Source of the DNA: Pyrinomonadaceae bacterium
Lineage (GTDB): Bacteria > Acidobacteriota > Blastocatellia > Pyrinomonadales > Pyrinomonadaceae
NCBI GenBank assembly: GCA_035472495.1
Contig: DATIPD010000006.1
Span: 37,312-101,311, forward strand
Direction: 5' to 3'
DNA: 64,000 nt
In this document: piece after piece, positions 10,661 to 20,127 of the stretch
Layout: every line of letters begins with the position of its first letter
How positions within the stretch are numbered: the stretch's first letter is position 1
Translations under genes and position numbers: made by a program
Notes under the pieces: generated by a model
What the model was told of the DNA's origin: nothing
Database searches by the model: none
What the model saw: only the letters and a program-made list of their open reading frames with translations

Positions 10661-12364
10661 TTATTCCTGCTTGAGTTGTTTACGGTCGATTTTGCCGCGG
10701 TCGTTTTTCGGCAGCGACTCAACGAATTCGAACCAGCGTGGGTATTTGTAAGGCGCAAGGCGAGCTTTTACAAAATTCCTAAGATCCTCAGCCAATCCCT
10801 CGCCCTCGATGGCCCCACTATCGACACCACTCGAACTTTGGACTTTGGACATTGGACTTTGGACACTTTTTCGTAAGACAACGAAGGCCTTCGGCTTAAC
10901 CAGTCCGTCGCCGCCGTCATGTCCGATGACGGCGCACTCAAGTACAGCATCGTGTTGCAGCAAACAGTTTTCGATCTCCGCTGGCGCGACAAAAATTCCC
11001 GAGACCTTCAACATGTCGTCGGTGCGGCCGTGATACCAGTAGTAACCTTCTTCATCTACATGAAACTGATCTCCAGTGGTGCACCAATCGCCTGCGAAAG
11101 TCTCCTTCGATTTTTCCTGAGCATTCCAGTAACACAGCGCCGCTGAGTCGCCTTTGATTTTCAATGTGCCCATGTCGTTGACTGCAACCTGGTTTCCGTC
11201 AGCAGCAACGATGCGCGCTTCGTAGCCTTCAACAAGTCGACCGAGGCTTCCCGGTTTCACATCACCCGGCCGATTTGTAATGTAGATGTGAAACATTTCG
11301 GCGGAGCCAATGCCATCACAAATCTCCACCGCCAAACTTTTCTTCCAGCGTTCGTATAACTCGACCGGTAACGCTTCGCCGGCTGAATAACAAAAGCGCA
11401 GGCTTGACAAATCGCGAGCCGCAGCGTCTGGTGCATTCAGCATCGAATTGATCATGGTTGGCACCGTGGTAAGGATCGTCGGGCGATAACGCTCAATCAC
11501 TTCGAAAAGCTTTTCCGGCGTCGAGCGCTCGGAAAAGAGTGCGGTGGCTCCGCCGACCGCGAAAGGGAACAACAAATTCGTTCCAGTGGCATAGCCGAAG
11601 AAGAGCTTGGGAACCGAAACTGTCAAATCGTTTTCATTCACGCCCATGGTTCGCTTGGCGAATACTTCGGTGTTGAAAGGCAGATCATGTTGCAGATGGA
11701 CCGCGCCCTTCGGATGGCCGGTAGACCCGGACGTGAATAACCAGATCGCGATGTCGTCACGATGAGTGTCGGCGGGCGAGCATTCATCATCGGCGGAAAG
11801 AAGGGCACCGGCGAATGATTCCCAGATCAATGAGTCATTGGTGAAGGTTTTTGTCCTCTCCCTTTGGGAGGGGATTGAGGGCAGGGCCTGTCGTCGTCCA
11901 CTAAAACCCTCTCCCCGGCCCTCTCCCAGAGGGAAAGAGGGGTCCTTTTCACCAACGAACACGACAGCGGTTAAATAACGCGCCTCACTTGCTGCCTCAC
12001 TGAATGTGTTCAGCAGCGACTCGTGCACAACAGCCACCTTCGCACGCGTGTACTCGAGGTAGTACTTGTAATCTTCCGCGGGCAGCAGCGGGTTGACCAT
12101 CGTGATGACAGCCCCAATCCGTGCTGCGCCGAACCAGCTCCACACGAACTCCGGACAGTCTGGCAACACCAACAGAACGCGATCCTCGATCTCCACGCCA
12201 AGTTCGCGCAACGTGTTGCCGACGCGGTTAGACATTCGCGCCGTCTGGCCGTAGGTAAAAGTCTGATCTTGAAAGTAAAGGCAGGTTTTGTTTTCGCGCC
12301 CTTCCTCCAGGTTGTGGTAGAGGAAGTAGTCCGCCATGTTGAAGCGCTCTGGAAAGTCAGTCAC
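10661..12364 (-). CDS. benzoate/2-aminobenzoate-CoA ligase family (aryl-CoA ligase)
   Basis: AMP-binding motif TSGSTGHPKG, benzoate-CoA-ligase-like N-terminus, C-terminal PKNDRGKIDRK. Sits next to kynA/kynU. Carries two in-frame repeat-derived inserts. Confidence 0.8.
   Translation of the reverse strand: MTDFPERFNMADYFLYHNLEEGRENKTCLYFQDQTFTYGQTARMSNRVGNTLRELGVEIEDRVLLVLPDCPEFVWSWFGAARIGAVITMVNPLLPAEDYKYYLEYTRAKVAVVHESLLNTFSEAASEARYLTAVVFVGEKDPSFPLGEGRGEGFSGRRQALPSIPSQRERTKTFTNDSLIWESFAGALLSADDECSPADTHRDDIAIWLFTSGSTGHPKGAVHLQHDLPFNTEVFAKRTMGVNENDLTVSVPKLFFGYATGTNLLFPFAVGGATALFSERSTPEKLFEVIERYRPTILTTVPTMINSMLNAPDAAARDLSSLRFCYSAGEALPVELYERWKKSLAVEICDGIGSAEMFHIYITNRPGDVKPGSLGRLVEGYEARIVAADGNQVAVNDMGTLKIKGDSAALCYWNAQEKSKETFAGDWCTTGDQFHVDEEGYYWYHGRTDDMLKVSGIFVAPAEIENCLLQHDAVLECAVIGHDGGDGLVKPKAFVVLRKSVQSPMSKVQSSSGVDSGAIEGEGLAEDLRNFVKARLAPYKYPRWFEFVESLPKNDRGKIDRKQLKQE
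10835..10866. repeat. Fam-A (GTCCAAAG-type) half element inside the CoA-ligase CDS
   Basis: Tandem ACTTTGG/ACATTGG units, the same word family as the hairpins in the tRNA array. Translated in frame as ...SPMSKVQSS... Confidence 0.7.
11855..11942. repeat. Fam-B (CCCTCTCCC...GGGAGAGGG) element inside the CoA-ligase CDS
   Basis: About 88 nt, collinear with the copy at 19231-19316 and with the inverted copy at 58540-58616. Translated in frame as FPLGEGRGEGFSGRRQALPSIPSQRE. Confidence 0.75.
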
Positions 12365-12506
12365 TCGGAGTAAAGACTCCTCTTAGCTCAGTCGTAAAAT
12401 TCACTTCGATGGGCTATCGTTATTATCGTACTTCTTGAGCGACGTCGTCGATTTCGTAGCCTATCCGCCAATCACCGGCACGAATGACGACTAAGCGATC
12501 AGATTC

Positions 12507-12899
12507 CTAAGCGCCCTCAGCTGCCAGACGTTCTTCAATGAAGCGTGTCAAAAGCAACTCGTCAGCGACTTCCATAAAAACAAACAGCGCCGCAAAACCG
12601 ATCTCGTTGGCAAAATCAACTACCTCAGCCACGATAGTAATTGTTTCGTTGTTGGGCAAGGTAACCTGCAGGCGGACTGGCTCTTTGAGTTTTACGCGGC
12701 CACCACTCAGCACGAAGCATCCGTTAAGACTGAGGCTCGTGATCGTAGCTGCACGATTAGTACGATTGCGTTCCCAGCGAACCGGGAGATTCACTTTGAC
12801 GCGCGCCGCTTCTCGGCGGTCTTTGAATGATACAGTTTTGCTCTTGTCGTCCAGCTTCATGGCCGCCAGCTTCTCGAGGCAGTTTTTGAGGATCGTCAC
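12507..12899 (-). CDS. PilZ-domain protein (c-di-GMP receptor candidate)
   Basis: 130 aa with an RRxxxR-like motif (RREAARVKV) followed by D/NxSxxG-like SLSLNG. Confidence 0.6.
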   Translation of the reverse strand: MTILKNCLEKLAAMKLDDKSKTVSFKDRREAARVKVNLPVRWERNRTNRAATITSLSLNGCFVLSGGRVKLKEPVRLQVTLPNNETITIVAEVVDFANEIGFAALFVFMEVADELLLTRFIEERLAAEGA

Positions 12900-12940
12900 T
12901 CACACGAACGAAGTAACTTTGCCGCCGCGGTTCAGCCGAT

Positions 12941-13798
12941 TCACTCCCCCGCGAACGGGCAACCAGCTGCGCCGTGGTTGAAGTCAAGATAGGTTCGCGC
13001 TTCCCACAGCTCCGGAAAAAACTTTTTATCTAAGGTCGTGCGCAGGTAACCCACACCTTCTGATCCGCCGGTGCCCCGTTTTGTGCCGACCATGCGTTCC
13101 ACCATCTTGATGTGATGCGAGCGCCAAAGCGAAAAATACTCATCATGTTCGAGTAGGGCTTCGGTCAACTGAAACTCTTCGAAACGTGCTTCAAAATGCG
13201 TGAGGATTTCAACTATAGCCTGAGTGCGTTTTCCATAGGCCTTTAGTTGCTCGCGTTCCGCGGCTGAACTTTCAACGACTGGCGCATCGAGCCCGCGACG
13301 TCGGAGTGCTGCGTAGTAGGCATCGTTCAACGAGGGAGCGGAAAACCGTTTTTGCAACCGTTCATGGGCAAACTCATCTTGCTTAAACTCGCGCAACAAA
13401 CCTTCGTGCTTGAGACCGGAAACAAACTCGATCTCGCGAAACTGCATGGATTGAAATCCGCTAGCCGGATTTAGCTGATCCCGAAAGCCCAGGAAACTGA
13501 TGGGCGACATAGTTTCCAGAATGTGAATTTGATTGACGAGCAGTTTTTCGATTTCGACGACGCGGCGCAAAGTGCGTGACGCTTGTCTGAGCTGGTCGTT
13601 ATCAAGGAAGTCGACTGCCGCATCCAGCTCGTGAAGTATTTGTTTGAACCAGAGCTCGTAAGCCTGGTGGATGGTGATGAACAGCAGTTCGTCATGGTGC
13701 ACTGGATCGGAAAGACAGTCTTGCAACGCGATCAGATCGGCGACCCGCAGGTATTTGTTGTAAGAAAGCAGGGAGTTTTTGCCGTAATCGTTGGTCAT
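12941..13798 (-). CDS. kynA: tryptophan 2,3-dioxygenase
   Basis: 285 aa with typical TDO motifs: YNKYLRVADLIALQ..., HDELLFITIHQAYELWFKQILHELD, and a GTGGS C-terminal region. Confidence 0.9.
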   Translation of the reverse strand: MTNDYGKNSLLSYNKYLRVADLIALQDCLSDPVHHDELLFITIHQAYELWFKQILHELDAAVDFLDNDQLRQASRTLRRVVEIEKLLVNQIHILETMSPISFLGFRDQLNPASGFQSMQFREIEFVSGLKHEGLLREFKQDEFAHERLQKRFSAPSLNDAYYAALRRRGLDAPVVESSAAEREQLKAYGKRTQAIVEILTHFEARFEEFQLTEALLEHDEYFSLWRSHHIKMVERMVGTKRGTGGSEGVGYLRTTLDKKFFPELWEARTYLDFNHGAAGCPFAGE

Positions 13799-13804
13799 AA
13801 GCCT

Positions 13805-13875
13805 AAGGATAAAGGATGAGGCATGAAGGATGAGCAGAAGACGTTTTCATCCCTCCGCCTTCATCCTTCAGCCTT
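13805..13875. repeat. Fam-C (GGATGAAG-type) palindromic hairpin
   Basis: Arm AAGGATAAAGGATGAGGCATGAAGGATGAGC and inverted arm TCATCCCTCCGCCTTCATCCTTCAGCC, filling the kynA-kynU spacer. Confidence 0.7.
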
Positions 13876-13876
13876 T

Positions 13877-15064
13877 TCAGAATGCCGCCCCAGCGGTCTC
13901 ATGCACTGCGAAAGCGCGTGTGTCTCTGATCGTTTTCATTTCCTGGATCACGAGTTCCAGTTCTTCGTCGGTCGTGTAAAAGTGGGGCGAGATGCGTACG
14001 CCGGCGCCAGGGCGAAAGTCTACGATGAACTCGCGCCTGATCAACTCGCTGGTGATCGCAGCCGCGTCAGGATGTCCCACAGTGATGGTGCCGCCGCGAT
14101 TGCCTGCGTCCTTCGGACTTGTCACTTCGAAACCCGCGGCTTCGGCAAGTTCGATCAAACGCGTGGTCTGCCGCACGCTCTTGTCACGAATTCTTTCGAC
14201 GCCGATCTCATTGATTATTCGGTAACCCGACTGGGCGGCGTAGAGCGCGGGAATCGCGGGTGAACCGTGCAGAAAACGGGTGATGCCAGCGGCGTAACGC
14301 AACTCAGTCTCGAAGGCGAAAGGCGCGTCGTGCGCCATCCAGCCGGTAGTCTTTGGCTGCAGTTGTTGTTGCAGATCGGGCCGCACGTAAAGATAACCAG
14401 CACCGGGCCCGCCGCACAGCCACTTCACCGAGCCACCGGTCGCAAAATCGACATTCAGCTCGGTTACGTCAAAGGGAACAGTGCCCGCTGATTGATAAGC
14501 ATCGAGCACCACAATGGCGCCAACTTCGTGCGCGCGTTCCGTAATTGCTTTGGCGTTTTGCAAAAAGCCACTCTTGAAGAGAACGTGCGAAAAGGGAACC
14601 AGTAACGTCTCTTCATCAATCGCCGCGAGAAAGCGCTCGAGTGGAATCGTTATGCCGTCGTCTGAGGCAACGGTCTCGATTCTTAGCTTGCCATCGCGCG
14701 CATGCGCTTCGTAAACATACATGACCGACGGGAAGTTCAGTTCTGAATAAACGATTTTGTTTCGCTTGGGCGTCGGCTCGAAGCAGGAAAGAATCAGCGA
14801 CTGGCAGATGGAAACATTTTGGTGCATCACGACGCTGCCGGGCGGCGCCCCGATGATGCGGCCGACCTCGTCGCCGACGGTCACGGGCATGTTCCACCAG
14901 CCTTCCGCCCAGGCGCGCACACCGCGCGTGGCCCATGTTTCAGCGTAATCGTTAAGGCGTGAAAAAGTTTCCCGGGGCATCGCGCCAAGACTATGTGAAA
15001 TCAAGTAAACAGTCTTGTCCAGAATAGGAAACTCGCTACGCCACTTAAGAAGCTCGTCAGTCAA
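13877..15064 (-). CDS. kynU: kynureninase-like class-V PLP enzyme
   Basis: 395 aa with a class-V aminotransferase fold and a kynureninase-like SVKWLCGGPGAGYLYV segment. Lies immediately downstream of kynA. Confidence 0.65.
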   Translation of the reverse strand: MTDELLKWRSEFPILDKTVYLISHSLGAMPRETFSRLNDYAETWATRGVRAWAEGWWNMPVTVGDEVGRIIGAPPGSVVMHQNVSICQSLILSCFEPTPKRNKIVYSELNFPSVMYVYEAHARDGKLRIETVASDDGITIPLERFLAAIDEETLLVPFSHVLFKSGFLQNAKAITERAHEVGAIVVLDAYQSAGTVPFDVTELNVDFATGGSVKWLCGGPGAGYLYVRPDLQQQLQPKTTGWMAHDAPFAFETELRYAAGITRFLHGSPAIPALYAAQSGYRIINEIGVERIRDKSVRQTTRLIELAEAAGFEVTSPKDAGNRGGTITVGHPDAAAITSELIRREFIVDFRPGAGVRISPHFYTTDEELELVIQEMKTIRDTRAFAVHETAGAAF

Positions 15065-15302
15065 AAAGGTTTCTCCGCTCAGTTCCTAAGATTGCTTTAA
15101 TCTATCATACCAACTGACGATCTTTCTTGCTCATCAAAGCCATCCGCAGATTACGGAGAAGACGAAACAAAAGGCAGGAGACAAGGCGAAATATGTCTCC
15201 GTTAAACTCCGAGCGTTTCTGTGTAATCGGCGTAATCTGTGGATGCCTGTTACTACTAGTCAGTGGCTGAACATTGAGGCATGGTAAAGTTAGTCCCGCC
15301 AC

Positions 15303-16775
15303 ATGTGGAAATTTAAGAACCCAATTCGCCATTCGATTCCTGAAACGGCCTGGCCCTCATCAGCCGAAGCGTCGCAGTCGTTGCTTTATCAATCAATCAA
15401 TATTGGCAATTTGCGGGCAAGCAGCCGCACCTGGGTCCCGGCAATGGTGCCCTGGCGCGCCACTGAAGATGGGTTCGTTACGCAGGAGAATCTCGATTGG
15501 TATCGGCGGTTTGCCGCCGGGCACCCGGGAGTTCTGGTAGTCGAAGCGACGGGCGTTCGCGACATACCGAGTGGGCCGCTGTTGCGCATTGGACACGATC
15601 GGTTTGTTCCGGGTTTGAAAAAACTGGTGCAGGCAGTGCGCGAAGCCAGCGACGGCGAGACGAAACTCTTCATTCAAATCATTGACTTCCTCGCGGTGAA
15701 ACGCCGGCCGGAGCCGGAGAAGTTTTTCACGCGCTTCCTGCAAATAAGCGATCGCCAGCGCGACGCGCTCGCGAGTCTCACCAGCGATCCGACCTGGCGA
15801 GAGCGTGACGAAGTTGACATCAGAGAGTTCCTTACCAAGACAAATGACGAGACACTCGATCAAGTGCTAGATCAGCGCGAGTTGGAATCGCTGCGTTTCG
15901 GTTATCGCGAGCACGTGACTGATGTACACCTGCCGCACGTGCAGGAGTTGCCTCAAGTCTTGCCAAACATTTTTGCGGAAGCTGCAGGTCGCGCTCGCGC
16001 TGCGGGTTTCGACGGCGTCGAGTTGCACTACGCCCATGCCTACACGATGGCCGGTTTCCTCAGTGCGCTCAACAACCGTGAAGACGGCTACGGCGGATCG
16101 CGCGAGAACAGAATTCGCTTGCCGCTCGAAGTGTTTCAGTCAGTGCGATCGGTGGTGGGCGATGACTACGTTGTGGGTGTGCGGTTTCTGGCGGACGAAG
16201 TAATTGCCGGTGGAAGTCGCGTGGCTGATGCGAATTACTTCGGAGTTGAATTTGCGCGCGCGGGTTTCGATTTTCTCTCGCTTTCCAAAGGCGGAAAATT
16301 TGAAGACGCGCAGCAGCCAAAGATCGGTCAGGCAGTTTATCCCTACACCGGACAAAGCGGTTATGAATGCATGCCGACGGTGCTTTCGGATGCAACCGGG
16401 CCGTTTGGTCGTAGCGTTCCTCTGGTTTCGAAAATCAAACGAGCTGTAACTGAAGCCGGATTCACCACGCCAGTGGTCGCGACCGGAGGGATTACAACTT
16501 TCGAACAGGCCGAAGCGATCTTGCAGGAAAAACAGGCCGACATCGTGGGTCTAGCGCGTCAGGCACTCGCCGATCCGGATTGGTTCATCAAAGTGAAATT
16601 AGGCCGCGGCGCTGATGTGAGACGCTGCACTTACACGAACTATTGTGAAGCACTCGATCAGGCGCATCGCGCCGTTACCTGCAAGCTCTGGGACCGACTT
16701 GATTTGCAGGAGCCAGGAATTGCGACGGTGGATGAAGGACGACGACGATTGCTCGCACCGGAATGGCAGCGCTAG
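15303..16775 (+). CDS. Old-Yellow-Enzyme-family NADH:flavin oxidoreductase (candidate reductase half of anthraniloyl-CoA monooxygenase/reductase)
   Basis: 490 aa with an OYE TIM-barrel signature (VPAMVPW...EDG, VVEATGV, GFDGVELHYAHAY, ATGGI). The start is uncertain. Confidence 0.8.
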   Translation: MWKFKNPIRHSIPETAWPSSAEASQSLLYQSINIGNLRASSRTWVPAMVPWRATEDGFVTQENLDWYRRFAAGHPGVLVVEATGVRDIPSGPLLRIGHDRFVPGLKKLVQAVREASDGETKLFIQIIDFLAVKRRPEPEKFFTRFLQISDRQRDALASLTSDPTWRERDEVDIREFLTKTNDETLDQVLDQRELESLRFGYREHVTDVHLPHVQELPQVLPNIFAEAAGRARAAGFDGVELHYAHAYTMAGFLSALNNREDGYGGSRENRIRLPLEVFQSVRSVVGDDYVVGVRFLADEVIAGGSRVADANYFGVEFARAGFDFLSLSKGGKFEDAQQPKIGQAVYPYTGQSGYECMPTVLSDATGPFGRSVPLVSKIKRAVTEAGFTTPVVATGGITTFEQAEAILQEKQADIVGLARQALADPDWFIKVKLGRGADVRRCTYTNYCEALDQAHRAVTCKLWDRLDLQEPGIATVDEGRRRLLAPEWQR

Positions 16776-17899
16776 ACCTTCGCCGCCTCATACTCTGCCA
16801 TAAATGCCGGATCTCTCCGCCGCAGATCATCATCACTAACGCGCCCACTTCTGGTCATTAGCACATAAGCAAGCTGCAGCGGCGAGAGGTTCATGTAGTC
16901 TTTTGCATTTTCAAACCACAGCATGCTGTCGTACGCCGCAGACTGATACTCTGCAATCACTGGTTTGCGAGTTGTCTCGAATGCCGGCAGCGCGTCCGTG
17001 ACCGCTGAGTTCTTCTGGAAGCACTCAAAGAGCGCGATGGAATCTTCCAGCGCCAGCTTAGTTCCTGAGCCAATAGAAAAGTGCGCGGTGTGCAGTGCGT
17101 CACCGAGCATGACGGTCTGATCAAAAAACCAGTTGTCGTTTTTTACCAGCAGGAAGTTAATCCATTTCGAATTATTTGAGCGCAGTTGGTGGCCTTCGAG
17201 GTCTAGCGCAAAAACTTCTTCGAGATACCTGCGAGTATCCGCCTCATTCATCTCAGCAAAGCCGGCCGCCTCCCACGTGTTTTGATCGCATTCAATAATG
17301 AATGTGCTGGTGGTTTGGTTGAACTTGTAAGAGTGCGCGGCGAACACACCGGCAGCGCTTTCGCGGAAAGTCAGTGTCAGACCATGGAAGAGTTTGTTGG
17401 TCCCGAACCAGATGTAACGGTTCGGGCGAACATCAAGAGTTGGGTGAAAGTTGTCCGCATACTGTTTCCGGGCCGTGCTATTGACGCCGTCGGCGGCCAC
17501 AAATAGATCGCAGTCGACCCGCAACTGCTCAAGATCGTTTACTTCTGTTTTGAAAAGCAGCCGCGCGCCCAGTTCTTCGCAACGTCGCTGCAGTATCTTG
17601 AGCAACTGCAGGCGCGAGATGCCAGAAAAGCTGTTGCCACGAATAGAAATCTTGCTGTCACGATGAACTACATCGACGTTGTCCCACGCTGCGAATGATG
17701 AGGTGATCGCAGCGTGTGACTCTTCATCCGCCGCGCGCAGATTTGCCAGGGTCTTTCCCGAAAAGACCACGCCCCAACCGAACGTATCATCGGGGCCATT
17801 GCGCTCGTAGACTGTAATGTCATGCGCGGGGTTCGCCCGTCGCATGAGAATGGCGAAATACATTCCCGCCGGCCCGCCACCGATGATGTTGATCTTCAT
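16772..17899 (-). CDS. FAD-dependent aromatic monooxygenase (candidate monooxygenase half of anthraniloyl-CoA monooxygenase/reductase)
   Basis: 375 aa with the dinucleotide fold MKINIIGGGPAGMYFA, DTFGWGVVFS and a GDALHTAHFSIGSG motif. Convergent with the OYE gene, with a 4-nt overlap. Confidence 0.8.
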   Translation of the reverse strand: MKINIIGGGPAGMYFAILMRRANPAHDITVYERNGPDDTFGWGVVFSGKTLANLRAADEESHAAITSSFAAWDNVDVVHRDSKISIRGNSFSGISRLQLLKILQRRCEELGARLLFKTEVNDLEQLRVDCDLFVAADGVNSTARKQYADNFHPTLDVRPNRYIWFGTNKLFHGLTLTFRESAAGVFAAHSYKFNQTTSTFIIECDQNTWEAAGFAEMNEADTRRYLEEVFALDLEGHQLRSNNSKWINFLLVKNDNWFFDQTVMLGDALHTAHFSIGSGTKLALEDSIALFECFQKNSAVTDALPAFETTRKPVIAEYQSAAYDSMLWFENAKDYMNLSPLQLAYVLMTRSGRVSDDDLRRRDPAFMAEYEAAKV

Positions 17900-18031
17900 T
17901 TCTTACTTACGTGTCTTCGCCGGCCCCCTTCCTTTGCATCAGTTCAAATTGAATTCGTTGAGCACCGATTGAGGTGTTTGCTGACAATGGCTTCATGTAT
18001 CACCTTCTAAGATGACAACGGTGTGTTCAGG

Positions 18032-19228
18032 TCAGTCCTTCAGTAGTTGGTTGGCAATAATTAGTTTCTGTATCTCGGAAGTGCCTTCGTAGATTCTGAG
18101 GGCGCGGACGTCACGATAAAGTCGCTCAACGACACTGCCGCGGACGAGTCCTGCACCGCCGTGAATCTGCACTGCCTGATCGACAATGCGGCAGGCTGCT
18201 TCCGTCGCGAAGAGTTTTGCTTCGCTGGCCTCGCGCGTCACGCGCCCGTTGCCGGTGTCCCTCAAGTGCGCGGCACGGTAAACCAGCAGCCGAGCCGCAT
18301 CGAGTTCCGTGATCATGTCGGCAAGTTTTTCCTGGACCAGCTGATGTTCGGCAAGGAAGCGACCAAACTGTTTTCGGGTCACCGCGTGACGCACCGACTC
18401 GTCCAGCGCGCGGCGCGCCATGCCACAGGCCGCCGCGCCCACGCTTGCGCGGAAAGTGTCCATCGTCCGCATGGCCAGCACAAATCCATCGCCTTCAGCT
18501 CCAACCATGTTCTCCGCGGGCACGCGACAACTCTGAAACTCAATTTCGCCGATCGGGTGCGCGGCAATCATCGCCGTTCGCTCAAGCACATTGAAGCCCG
18601 GCATCTTTGCCCCAACGATAAACGCCGACAAAGCCGCGCGCCCGTTGGCATCAGTTCCGGTGCGCGCAAACACGGTGTAGAAATCTGCCACGCCGGCGTT
18701 AGAGATAAACCGCTTCCGGCCGTCGATTACGTAAGCATCGCCGTCTAACTTTGCCGTGGTTTTGATAGCAGCGACGTCAGAACCGGCGTCTGGTTCGGTC
18801 AGGGCAAACGCGGCGATTGCTTTGCCCTCAACCGCGCGCGCCAGCCAAAAATCGCGCACGTGTTCCGGGGCCGCCTGACTAATTGCATACGTTCCCAGAC
18901 CCTGCATAACGAACGCCAAGTCAGCGAGCGCAGAAGAGTAGGAAAGCGCTTCACGCACCAGACAAAGCGCGCGCACGTCCAGCTTTGAACCGGGCGAAGC
19001 AACGGCGTAGCGCAACGCATCGGCATTCGCGAGCGTCGTTACAAACTCGCGCAGTTGGGCTTCGACGTCGCGTTCCTCGGCTGCGCGTGACTCGATGTCG
19101 CTTTCGATCAGCGTTTGTAAATCGGCTGCCAGCTCGCGATGCTCGGCAGTGAAGAAGGGAAGTTGTTCTATAAACTTGTCCATAATCATAAAGACGAACG
19201 TTGGATCTCGTACCTCATTTGTTTTCAC
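18032..19228 (-). CDS. acyl-CoA dehydrogenase
   Basis: 398 aa with ACAD motifs ([10 protein letters not shown], the [10 protein letters not shown]-terminal signature). Confidence 0.9.
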   Translation of the reverse strand: MKTNEVRDPTFVFMIMDKFIEQLPFFTAEHRELAADLQTLIESDIESRAAEERDVEAQLREFVTTLANADALRYAVASPGSKLDVRALCLVREALSYSSALADLAFVMQGLGTYAISQAAPEHVRDFWLARAVEGKAIAAFALTEPDAGSDVAAIKTTAKLDGDAYVIDGRKRFISNAGVADFYTVFARTGTDANGRAALSAFIVGAKMPGFNVLERTAMIAAHPIGEIEFQSCRVPAENMVGAEGDGFVLAMRTMDTFRASVGAAACGMARRALDESVRHAVTRKQFGRFLAEHQLVQEKLADMITELDAARLLVYRAAHLRDTGNGRVTREASEAKLFATEAACRIVDQAVQIHGGAGLVRGSVVERLYRDVRALRIYEGTSEIQKLIIANQLLKD

Positions 19229-19230
19229 TT

Positions 19231-19316
19231 TCCCGTCCCTTTGGGAAGGGGATTGAGGGGAAGGGTTTGGTGCGTGCTAAACCCTCTCCCCCACTCTCTC
19301 CCAGGGGGAGAGGGAG
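19231..19316. repeat. Fam-B (CCCTCTCCC...GGGAGAGGG) intergenic element
   Basis: CCCGTCCCTTTGGGAAGGGGATTGAGGGG...AAACCCTCTCCCCCACTCTCTCCCAGGGGGAGAGGG, between the ACAD start and the hydratase stop. Confidence 0.75.
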
Positions 19317-19322
19317 CAAGGT

Positions 19323-20117
19323 CTACTTGAATTTGGCGGCACGTTTAGCAACAAACGCCTCGTACGCTTCGCGATAATCGGAATGCTGCATACAGATCGC
19401 CTGGGCTTGTGCTTCGCATTCCAGCGCTGCCTCCAGGCCCATATCTGCTTCGCGGTCTAACATCTCTTTTGTTTTGGCGAGCGCAAAGCCCGGACCCTTT
19501 GCGAGTCGCTCGGCAAACTCTCGAGTGGTTGCCGCCAGTTGATCGCCAGGAACCACGCGGTTGTAAAGTCCGATTCGCTCAGCCTCTGCAGCAGAAATGA
19601 AGTCGCCGGTATAGAGCAACTCGGTTGCCTTGGCTAGCCCGACGGTGCGCGGCAACAGGTAGGCGGCGCCCATGTCCGCACCGGAAAGCCCAACTTTCAC
19701 AAAGAGAAAAGCAATCTTTGCCGTGTCAGACGCGATGCGAATGTCAGAGGCCAGCGCAATACAGGCACCGGCGCCGGCGGTCGTACCGTTAAGACTGGCG
19801 ATGACCGGCTTTCGCAAAGCGCGCATGTTCTGGATGAGCTCGCAAGTCATGCGTGTGAACTCAAGCAAACCTGACATGTCACACTTGAATAGTTCGCCGA
19901 TGATGTCGTGCACGTCGCCGCCAGAACAAAAAGCCCGTCCTGCTCCCGTCAGCACAACTACCCGCGCGCCGGCTTCCTCTCGCAACGCCGCAAACGTGTC
20001 GGTGAGTTCGCGATAAACTTCAAACGTTAAGGCGTTAAGCCGGTCGGGACGGTTGAGCGTGATGGTGACCACGCCGTCTTCGCTCTGTTCGTACAGAAAA
20101 CTTTTCGGTTTGTTCAT
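19323..20117 (-). CDS. enoyl-CoA hydratase/isomerase family protein
   Basis: 264 aa with the crotonase fold (VVVLTGAGRAFCSGGD, NGTTAGAGA). Confidence 0.9.
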   Translation of the reverse strand: MNKPKSFLYEQSEDGVVTITLNRPDRLNALTFEVYRELTDTFAALREEAGARVVVLTGAGRAFCSGGDVHDIIGELFKCDMSGLLEFTRMTCELIQNMRALRKPVIASLNGTTAGAGACIALASDIRIASDTAKIAFLFVKVGLSGADMGAAYLLPRTVGLAKATELLYTGDFISAAEAERIGLYNRVVPGDQLAATTREFAERLAKGPGFALAKTKEMLDREADMGLEAALECEAQAQAICMQHSDYREAYEAFVAKRAAKFK

Positions 20118-20127
20118 GCGCGAACGA

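Noticed and set aside
15105-15332. 75-aa ORF on the minus strand between the kynU-like gene and the OYE gene.
   Set aside because: It lies in the divergent promoter region, overlaps the OYE start, and has no motif or RBS.
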